64,000 nt of DNA from Acidimicrobiales bacterium MED-G01 (GTDB lineage Bacteria > Actinomycetota > Acidimicrobiia > Acidimicrobiales > Poriferisodalaceae), in the NCBI GenBank assembly GCA_002457435.1, contig NTLA01000004.1, positions 53,838 to 117,837 of the forward strand. Reading direction: 5' to 3'. The notes beneath the pieces were generated by a model. That model worked only from the letters and a program-made list of their open reading frames with translations. It ran no database searches and was not told the DNA's origin. Below, in pieces: positions 56,852 to 64,000 of this stretch. A program made the position numbers and the translations under genes. Every line of letters starts with the position of its first letter. Positions within the stretch are counted from its first letter, which is position 1.

Positions 56852-58471
56852 TTATTCATAAGATGCCTCAAGCCACCATTCGCCATTCTCAATGACGCAA
56901 AGGTGAGCTGTTCCATCCTCAAGTAAAAACTGGAATCTCGCTTGGCGACTTTTCATGGCAGGGTCCCACCATTTCTCGTCAAGAAGCCACGGGCCTCCCC
57001 ACCCAATAATCAGATGTGACCCTAAAGAGTCACTCCGGATACGGACTGGATCTTCTTCCATATGACCGCGCCCGCTTACTCCTATACGGCGACCATTGCT
57101 GTCCGTTACCTCTAGTTGCTGGGCTTGAGGCAGAACAGCTAGAGGTAACGGGGCAGGTAATCGGCCTGGCCATGGCGCAGTCGTTGACTCAGGCAACGTA
57201 ATTACTTGATCAGGATCAAATCTCCCAGCTACTAATGGAACTCGCCTTTCGATATCTGCTAGCCGCCGACCTCCTCCTCGTTGAACCACAGTCACCGAAT
57301 CTGGCCCCAACAGTCCCTGAATGCGCACAAAAGATCGAATAGCGCGTTCATCATTTACTGTCTTTTCACCCCAAAAACCCAGCTGTTGACCACTATCTGG
57401 GACTGTCTCATCGACTATTAACCGCACCAAAGACAACGGCCCGGTAGGGGGATTTTCTGATTGGTACCATCCTTCTAGCTGCCAACGAACTCTGTCGGTT
57501 ATATCGGCAGATGTGAACTGATGTTCATGGCGCCACAACCGGCTCGAAACGTCACCGTGTTCAGATTCCACTTCAATCAGAATTCGCACACAGACCGCCC
57601 CCTCAATCGCTAAACGTTGATGAATGCGGTCAACTAATGCTTTCGCTACAAACACGGCTGTTTCCACATGCTCAGCAGGAGGGTCAATCTCGCTTTCCTC
57701 TGAAACAACATCTGAAATGGAATGCAAGAGCGGGGCTCTACCATCTATTCCTTGAGCTAGTTGCTGCGCTAGCAGGCCCGGTGACCCAAATCGTGCAAAC
57801 AATTCTTCACTCGGGAGAGAGCCAACATCCTCGAGCGTCTTTAAGCCAAGTCGGCGAAATACATCAACAAGCTCTTGAGCTTCGGGTAAAGGCGAGTATT
57901 TGCTAGCCAAAACATCAACCGGAAACGACGCTAGGAATGCGGCACTACCTTCCGGCACAACAACTTGCACACGCGAAAGACTTTTGGAGGTAGCTGCCAC
58001 AACTGCGGCGAAACGGCTATCAGCTACTCCGATTCGCGGTTGAATAACACTGGGTACTTCAGTTGTTTTAAGTGCTACAGATAATGCTTTTAAAGTCCGT
58101 TCCACGACAATCCGGGCAAGAGCTTGGTCACCACCGAAATAGCGCGATGGGCCTCGAGTTGGGAAAGAGCACCAGCCACCGGTTGCAATTTCAATACGGG
58201 GGGTCACTGATTCAAGTGCTGTAACAACAGAATTAAATTTTCTAACACTCCGCTCTTCATCATCATCAATAATTTTTAGATCTGCGCAAAGTTTCTGAGC
58301 TTCTCGCCGACGGATTCCTGGTGTTATTCCATGCTCGGCACCATCCGGTGTTACATCAACAACTCGGTCCTTATCTACAACGGCAGCAAGGTGGTCATGC
58401 GCGACACCAGCAGCAATCACTCGCCAATGGGGAATGATTAGAACCAATGTTCGGGTATTTGTCAGAACCAC
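56852..58471 (-). CDS. imuB: ImuB (inactive Y-family polymerase scaffold)
   Basis: GIRRREAQ, RGPSRYFGG, RRLGLKTL, DRVRWQL, clamp motif QLGFW, PWPGRLPAP and GPW..DEKWW. Confidence 0.9.
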   Translation of the reverse strand: MVLTNTRTLVLIIPHWRVIAAGVAHDHLAAVVDKDRVVDVTPDGAEHGITPGIRRREAQKLCADLKIIDDDEERSVRKFNSVVTALESVTPRIEIATGGWCSFPTRGPSRYFGGDQALARIVVERTLKALSVALKTTEVPSVIQPRIGVADSRFAAVVAATSKSLSRVQVVVPEGSAAFLASFPVDVLASKYSPLPEAQELVDVFRRLGLKTLEDVGSLPSEELFARFGSPGLLAQQLAQGIDGRAPLLHSISDVVSEESEIDPPAEHVETAVFVAKALVDRIHQRLAIEGAVCVRILIEVESEHGDVSSRLWRHEHQFTSADITDRVRWQLEGWYQSENPPTGPLSLVRLIVDETVPDSGQQLGFWGEKTVNDERAIRSFVRIQGLLGPDSVTVVQRGGGRRLADIERRVPLVAGRFDPDQVITLPESTTAPWPGRLPAPLPLAVLPQAQQLEVTDSNGRRIGVSGRGHMEEDPVRIRSDSLGSHLIIGWGGPWLLDEKWWDPAMKSRQARFQFLLEDGTAHLCVIENGEWWLEASYE

Positions 58472-58483
58472 TTAGAACACTCA

Positions 58484-59233
58484 CTAACTGGCCTGAAGCA
58501 CTTGTTCGCCTATATCAGGCAAAGCTTTCTGCATTCGGTAAGCGGACCGCAAGAAATTGGCGGGTTCATTGCTCTGATCAACGATGTTTAAACGACCTTC
58601 CTTGTCGGGAAGCCACACAAGTTCACTACGTAAATTGGAATCAGCGCCTCGACCGACGAGCTCTACCTCTATTTTCCTAGAGAGTAAGCGTCCGTGTCCC
58701 CATCCAATACCTGTCCAAGCTGCCTGGCTAACTCTGAGACAAAGATCGGGACGTAAATTACAAAGAGTGGCCTTCCCAACAGTGATAATCGAGGTACCTC
58801 TTTCACGCATCAATGCAGAAATTTTGCGCCCATGGTCAGAACGCAACTTGATATCTGGTCCAACCAAGATGAGGTCAACCCCTGCTATTAAGGCATGAAT
58901 GACAGCTCCTACTTGATCTCCAGGGTGATCTATAAATGCCCATCTAGAAAACTTGATCCCTAGATCGGAAGCTGCTGATGAACCCAACATCGGAAGACCT
59001 ACCGCTCCTACCCAGCTTCCAGAACGAGACACGGAAATAGTCAAAGCACTAGCAAGACTCAACGCCGCTACTCCCGTAACTTCGATCGTAGATCCTTGCC
59101 TTATCCCTCTGTCAGTAAATAAACCTGCCAATTCATCAACTACCGGAAAAGTACGGTTTCGAGCGAGAACTAGCGGAGAAGACATCTGATGGATGTCATT
59201 CACTAAAGAAACTCCGGTAGACGCATCTTGCAT
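58484..59233 (-). CDS. imuA: ImuA'-like RecA-fold accessory protein
   Basis: GIRQGST, GSWVGAVGLPMLG and WTGIGWGHGRL; directly upstream of imuB and behind an SOS box. Confidence 0.8.
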   Translation of the reverse strand: MQDASTGVSLVNDIHQMSSPLVLARNRTFPVVDELAGLFTDRGIRQGSTIEVTGVAALSLASALTISVSRSGSWVGAVGLPMLGSSAASDLGIKFSRWAFIDHPGDQVGAVIHALIAGVDLILVGPDIKLRSDHGRKISALMRERGTSIITVGKATLCNLRPDLCLRVSQAAWTGIGWGHGRLLSRKIEVELVGRGADSNLRSELVWLPDKEGRLNIVDQSNEPANFLRSAYRMQKALPDIGEQVLQAS

Positions 59234-59246
59234 TCTGTGACTTTAA

Positions 59247-59262
59247 CCGAACGTATGTTCGA
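59247..59262. promoter_or_regulatory. LexA (SOS) box upstream of imuA
   Basis: CCGAAC-GTAT-GTTCGA; abuts a TAAAGT -10 element 6 nt before the imuA ATG. Confidence 0.9.
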
Positions 59263-59290
59263 TTAAAACTCCAACTCGTATTTGCTCTGC

Positions 59291-59584
59291 CTATGTCTCG
59301 TAATGAGCAAATAAACCGGTGATGATCTCAACGATGCCTTCCGACGTGAACCCTTTGGCGAGATCGACTGTTGCCACGTTCCCATGAACGTGGAGATAAT
59401 CAACCCCTCCTCGAGCAAATAGTCGAGCAGCAAGAACATCAGCAGGGTCTTCATCGCTTAAAGCGTCAGCTTCGCTGCGGTAATAGCGATGCCCCATACC
59501 TGTTAGCGGACGATTGGTTTCGAACCTAATCGTTCCTGGGCTAGTGGGAGAGATTTTTTCAGCAACTCGGACAGGTTGACCCAT
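59291..59584 (-). CDS. Small protein resembling the NifU/Nfu N-terminal scaffold domain
   Basis: IRFETNRPLTG, LAARLF..GV..LHVHGNVATV. Confidence 0.6.
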   Translation of the reverse strand: MGQPVRVAEKISPTSPGTIRFETNRPLTGMGHRYYRSEADALSDEDPADVLAARLFARGGVDYLHVHGNVATVDLAKGFTSEGIVEIITGLFAHYET

Positions 59585-59660
59585 GAGTAGGAAGATTACT
59601 CGTGTTACGGGCTAGGTTGAGAATATATTTGCTACTTCTGAACTGGCCTGGAGATCTCCA

Positions 59661-60923
59661 ATGTCTGAGATGACCGAAGAACAATTCACCAATGAAGCCT
59701 CTACCTTTCTAGAGGCCAACATGTCGCGCAAAGCTGAACAGAAAGCTTTTGTCTGGGGAGAAGGCCCAGACAATGCAGCAATGTTCGAAGAAGTGGACCG
59801 CGACAAAGAACAACGAGACCTCGCTACTGCAAAGGAGTGGCGCGCCAAGAAGTTTGATGCCGGCTTCGGATGGATCTCGGGGCCAGCTGAAATTGGTGGG
59901 GGTGGCCACCCTCGAAGGTTTGAGCGTGTCTGGGCAAATTTAGAAAGCCAGTACGAAGTTCCTGACAGTGGCTTTTTCGGGATCGGCTTAGGGATGGTCG
60001 CACCAACCATTCTTGCTCATGGCAACCCTGACGTCGTGGCTGATCTTTTGCCCAAAATGTACCGAGCAGACCTAGTTTCTTGCCAGCTGTTCTCAGAACC
60101 AGGGGCTGGCTCTGACCTCGCAAGCTTGCAGATGCGTGCCGACCGAGACGGAGAAGAGTGGATCTTAAACGGCCAGAAAGTTTGGACCTCCGGGGCTCAC
60201 TACAGCGATGTAGGAGAAGTCATAGCCCGTTCAGATTTCGATCTACCCAAACACCAAGGATTGACCGGTTTCATGGTTGACATGCATGCGCCGGGGGTAG
60301 AAGTGAAACCCTTGCGACAGATGACTGGTGGAGCGAACTTCAACGAAGTCTTCTTTACGGATGTTCGAGTTCCTGACACGCATCGACTAGGTGACGTCAA
60401 CCAAGGGTGGGGTGTAGCCCTTACAACTCTGATGAACGAGCGAGCATCAATCGGCTCAGGTAGCGGAGGCACTGGAGGTAGCTATACGAAACTAAGTGCC
60501 ATGCTGAAGCACTTTGAACTCAACGAAGATGCTCTGAGTCGTCAGCAACTAATGAACATCTTTACATATGGAAAAGTTCTGGGATGGTCAAACCAACGGA
60601 CCATGGATGCTCTTAAGGCAGGCAAAACTCCTGGGCCTGAGATGTCACTGTCAAAGATGGGGTTGACCCGGCAAATGCAAGCAACTTGCAACTTTGTCTC
60701 TGATGTGCTGGAAGCCCGCTTGACCGCTGACACCGGCGAATGGGGAACCTTCTCGTGGGCTGGATATCTACTAGGTCAACCCGCTATGCGCATTGCCGGT
60801 GGATCTGACGAGGTGATGAGAAATATTGTCGGCGAACGTGTACTGGGTCTACCTAAGGAGCCTGGCATTGACACCACAAGCCCATTTAAGGAAATACGAG
60901 TCGGAACTCAAAGATCCGACTAG
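59661..60923 (+). CDS. Acyl-CoA dehydrogenase (FadE type)
   Basis: CQLFSEPGAGSDLA, NGQKVWTS, FNEVFF and IAGGSDEVMRN. Confidence 0.93.
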   Translation: MSEMTEEQFTNEASTFLEANMSRKAEQKAFVWGEGPDNAAMFEEVDRDKEQRDLATAKEWRAKKFDAGFGWISGPAEIGGGGHPRRFERVWANLESQYEVPDSGFFGIGLGMVAPTILAHGNPDVVADLLPKMYRADLVSCQLFSEPGAGSDLASLQMRADRDGEEWILNGQKVWTSGAHYSDVGEVIARSDFDLPKHQGLTGFMVDMHAPGVEVKPLRQMTGGANFNEVFFTDVRVPDTHRLGDVNQGWGVALTTLMNERASIGSGSGGTGGSYTKLSAMLKHFELNEDALSRQQLMNIFTYGKVLGWSNQRTMDALKAGKTPGPEMSLSKMGLTRQMQATCNFVSDVLEARLTADTGEWGTFSWAGYLLGQPAMRIAGGSDEVMRNIVGERVLGLPKEPGIDTTSPFKEIRVGTQRSD

Positions 60924-60950
60924 CTACTGGTTAATTACCAGAGACCTTCA

Positions 60951-61772
60951 CTAGGTACTAGCAGTCACAATCCAGGCAGCTCCCGCAAGCTTGACTATCC
61001 CGTTTTCCTCATGCGGTTTTAGGGCTGCGTGCATGACGTCAACAACTGGCTCATGTAGCAAACTCGAACTGGAGTCAACTACTGCTTTGACTGGACTGAA
61101 TTCATATGCGTGAAGGGCAGCGAGTCGGGAATCCACTCCACCTCCAAGTGTTACTTCTGTAGTGAAGCTTTCGATATCAACATTCGTCCACCCAGCCTGA
61201 TGAAGAACGTCTGCAACTCTGTCTGGGTCTGCAAATGAAAAAGGATCAGGTGCATCTGCCGAGCGGGAAGGTAGCTCCACTAACGTCATAGCCGCGCGAT
61301 TCGGCACTGTGATCCAGGGGTTTTTTTCTGGTCCCTGCCAGCACACGAAACTCAATTTTGCGCCCGCTGACGTTGATGCTCGCAAATTATGAAACGCAGC
61401 AACCGGATCTTCAAAAAACATCACTCCAAAACGCGAGAAAACAATGTCATAAGGACCCCGAAGTGGGTCAACCTGGGCGTCAGCTTCGAGGAATTCAACA
61501 TCTCCTTGGCTTCGACGTCGAGCTGCGTCAAGAAGTTTCTCACTGATGTCAACTCCAACTACCCGTCCGTCCCCCACTCGGTCCTTCAGCTGCAACGTCG
61601 TGTGACCACAGCCACAACCAACATCGAGAACGTCCATTTGAGAAATCTCGGGCAGAGCATCCATCGCTGCGATACCAAATACGCCCAACTGAAGGTCCAT
61701 CTGTTCTTGCCGCTCTACCCAGGCCCAGCGTGTCCGCCAGTACTCGCGCTGCGCTTCATTTATCGAATTCAT
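60951..61772 (-). CDS. Class I SAM-dependent methyltransferase
   Basis: VLDVGCGCG, GVDIS, ADAQ and SRFGVMFFEDP. Confidence 0.9.
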   Translation of the reverse strand: MNSINEAQREYWRTRWAWVERQEQMDLQLGVFGIAAMDALPEISQMDVLDVGCGCGHTTLQLKDRVGDGRVVGVDISEKLLDAARRRSQGDVEFLEADAQVDPLRGPYDIVFSRFGVMFFEDPVAAFHNLRASTSAGAKLSFVCWQGPEKNPWITVPNRAAMTLVELPSRSADAPDPFSFADPDRVADVLHQAGWTNVDIESFTTEVTLGGGVDSRLAALHAYEFSPVKAVVDSSSSLLHEPVVDVMHAALKPHEENGIVKLAGAAWIVTAST

Positions 61773-62446
61773 GCAGCGAAAAGAGACCCTTGATCGATCT
61801 GAGCGCGATCGTAGCGCTCATAATTACTCCAGATCATGTCGTCCATAAACGCCCAACTTTTTCTATGTATTACGCACGGCCCGTATCCAGCCAAAGCCAT
61901 CCGGTGCTGAGGTGCCGGGTACCCTTTGTTGTTTTCGAACATGTAGGCAGGAAAATCTTTCGAAGCCACGGACATGATCTGATCTCGGACGACTTTCGCC
62001 ATAACTGATGCCGCTGCTATCGAAAGGCAGGTCTGGTCACCCTTTACGATGCTGACACTGGGTACCCAGTCAACATAATTCCAATTGCCGTCAAGCAGCA
62101 CCCGATCGGCAACGAACGGCAAATCATCAAGCGCCCTTCGAGTAGCGAGCCGCTGTGCATCCGACATTCCTAATTCATCGCATTCGCGAGCACTTGCGTG
62201 ACCAACCGACCAACACCGGGCCCAGTTATCAATCCGACCAAAAAGCTCCTCTCGAACTTTGGGGGTCAGCATCTTCGAGTCTCTGATGCCGTTAACTCGC
62301 CCAGTTATTGGGAGGACAACCGCGCCGATAGTCAAAGGTCCGGCCCAAGCGCCTCTACCTACTTCATCGATGCCTACCACTACCGAATCGCCCTGTTCCC
62401 AGTAGAGCCGTTCTTGGTCAAGATTAGGTGGGGCACGATCGGCCAT
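61769..62446 (-). CDS. rnhB: Ribonuclease HII
   Basis: GIDEVGRGAWAGP, DSKML, LDGN, KGD..SIAAAS..AKV.RD and NKGYP. Confidence 0.95.
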   Translation of the reverse strand: MADRAPPNLDQERLYWEQGDSVVVGIDEVGRGAWAGPLTIGAVVLPITGRVNGIRDSKMLTPKVREELFGRIDNWARCWSVGHASARECDELGMSDAQRLATRRALDDLPFVADRVLLDGNWNYVDWVPSVSIVKGDQTCLSIAAASVMAKVVRDQIMSVASKDFPAYMFENNKGYPAPQHRMALAGYGPCVIHRKSWAFMDDMIWSNYERYDRAQIDQGSLFAA

Positions 62447-62491
62447 GACGGAACGGTAGCCGTCTATTGATGGAGCCACTGTGACCAAGCT

Positions 62492-64000
62492 TCAACTAAA
62501 TGTTCCTGAAGCTGGGGGGCCGGGATCGCCATCGCCAGAATCGTGCATTTCGATTCCATTGCCGATAGGGCTCAAGAGTTCTTCGCCAACGCAACCTTTA
62601 CCTTGGAATTGCGGATCGAGGCCGGGAATTCGGACCTCAAGATCTATTGGGCCACCATCAATCTCCCATAACACGGCCGGGCGGTCACTGTGCCAGCGCA
62701 CGGCCCACGAAACATTGCCATATCTCGATGGCAAGCCGTGAACTTCTGCGCCTAGTCCCAACCATTCCTTAGGCCAAACCAGTGCGAGGCGAAGTTGATC
62801 AGTTGAGTCGTCAACCAAGAGACGTAGCATGCTCCGAACAAACCAGGCGCTAACGCGCAAATCGTGTCCAGCACCAGCAGTGCCATTCTTCGTCGATGGA
62901 TCGACACAGGTGGGCCAGTTCATAGTTGGCGAGGCGAGCGAGGCGAGCTGTTCGAGTTTCGCGAAAACCGTTTCCGGCTCGGTGGGCAATTGTTCAAAGG
63001 CTGATTGCGCCATCTCTAGGACATTGATGTCTGCGACATCATCACTTTTTTGTGTATCGGGCACTACGACCGAAGGAATTAGCTCTCCCAGTTCGCGAAC
63101 TGCCTTATCGGCCCCCACGCTTTCCAATATCTGACTCGCAGAAAGTAGGCCTTCTCTAGCGTTTGAATCAGGATTGGCCAGAATCCATCGGGCCCCATCA
63201 GCAGCAAACTCTGATAACGCTTTCGATAGCGCCTCATCAGGGGCTAGCTCCAACGCTCTACCAGCTGCAGTCAATGTTGCTGATGTCACATCGATACCGT
63301 TGTGTGTCACCGCTCCCATACGGTCCTGACGCTTTGCTCGGGAAATGAGTATTTCGCGGACAAAGGTCTCGTACCCGCATTCAGCGAGGCCTATTAACAC
63401 GGCAGCTTCATCACTGGCCGCATGCGGAGGGCCTCCTGGCGCGGGCACCAGGTTTTCGCCGGTTGATGCTAAGAGTAAGGATTGCCGTGCAGCGTCAAAG
63501 ACGTCATTTAAGTGCCCGGGAGGAAGTACGAAACGACTGGCATTCACTGCGTGATGACCCCACCCGCGAGCAACCTGACTGGCAGTAGGTATTTTCGAAG
63601 TTGGGTCCGAGTCGGGTGAAGCTCCAAGCGGAACAAAGCATCGCAAAGTTGACCCATGAACCAATGGTGTAATGAGGGCAGCGCTCGCCATTCCTTGTTC
63701 ACAGACAACCGATTTCGGGCTTTCCTCTGTCTTATCCAACGAAAACGCAGGGTCTACCCCACCACTACCGGTGACGAGCTGCCCGGGAATTCGACCGCAA
63801 ATAACTCCAACTCGACCATCTATGTGCAGCGTCCGGTCATCAAGTCCTATGTTTTGAACTCGTCCACCACCAAGGTGGTCATACGGCCGAATCGCCCACG
63901 CGAGGGCAACTGGCCTGGTGGCTTGGTTATCAACTTCCAATATCAAATATTCGGAATCAGTTCTAGCGGCATAAACACGGTGGACAAGGTCGCCACCTGC
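62492..64000 (-). CDS. Large hypothetical protein, 5' end beyond the window; possibly a degenerate (alpha/alpha)-barrel glycoside hydrolase-like fold
   Basis: Frame stays open to the window edge (AGGDLVHRVYAARTDSEY-LILEV); C-terminal EVHGLPSRYGNVSWAVRWH..RPAVLWE. Confidence 0.7.
   Translation of the reverse strand, partial: AGGDLVHRVYAARTDSEYLILEVDNQATRPVALAWAIRPYDHLGGGRVQNIGLDDRTLHIDGRVGVICGRIPGQLVTGSGGVDPAFSLDKTEESPKSVVCEQGMASAALITPLVHGSTLRCFVPLGASPDSDPTSKIPTASQVARGWGHHAVNASRFVLPPGHLNDVFDAARQSLLLASTGENLVPAPGGPPHAASDEAAVLIGLAECGYETFVREILISRAKRQDRMGAVTHNGIDVTSATLTAAGRALELAPDEALSKALSEFAADGARWILANPDSNAREGLLSASQILESVGADKAVRELGELIPSVVVPDTQKSDDVADINVLEMAQSAFEQLPTEPETVFAKLEQLASLASPTMNWPTCVDPSTKNGTAGAGHDLRVSAWFVRSMLRLLVDDSTDQLRLALVWPKEWLGLGAEVHGLPSRYGNVSWAVRWHSDRPAVLWEIDGGPIDLEVRIPGLDPQFQGKGCVGEELLSPIGNGIEMHDSGDGDPGPPASGTFS

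Noticed and set aside
1-64000. CRISPR array, tRNA/rRNA, prophage, IS elements, dedicated anti-phage island
   Set aside because: No regularly spaced repeats, cloverleaf or rRNA signatures, or phage/transposase proteins were seen; intergenic gaps are short. A covariance-model scan could still find small RNAs I missed

Overview
A gene-dense chromosomal segment, with GC in the low-to-mid 50s by eye. The gene content points to an actinobacterium of the Acidimicrobiia type: nucS, mca, a mycothiol-dependent MDMPI enzyme, F420/LLM oxidoreductases, actinobacterial dapD, imuA/imuB/dnaE2 and TCGAAC-N4-GTTCGA LexA boxes. About 60 CDS are present. Most encode acyl-CoA/lipid catabolism (crotonases, MaoC hydratases, SDRs, CoA-transferases, acyl-CoA dehydrogenases, thiolase, SCP2), alongside housekeeping genes (coaA, map, msrA, dapD, rnhB, cysQ, yaaA) and envelope proteins (VanW, two LysM lipoproteins, an M15 peptidase). 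I found no rRNA, tRNA, CRISPR array, transposase or prophage. The best candidates for new biology are: (1) an archaeal/SLC41-style tandem-MgtE transporter with a tandem PhoU-RCK_C partner, preceded by a possible leaderless M-P-P-stop micro-ORF; (2) a PEP-utiliser/phosphotransferase lacking its ATP-grasp domain, behind a ~76-nt structured leader RNA; (3) an AAA+/vWA-'peptidase'/HAD cluster whose HExxH motif reads HQxxH; (4) a split ImuA-ImuB...DnaE2 mutasome with two matching SOS boxes; (5) an RNase HII ending in a clamp-binding-like QGSLF tail; (6) a GIY-YIG-like miniprotein inside an acyl-CoA catabolic operon. All calls come from motif recognition by eye; no database searches were run.
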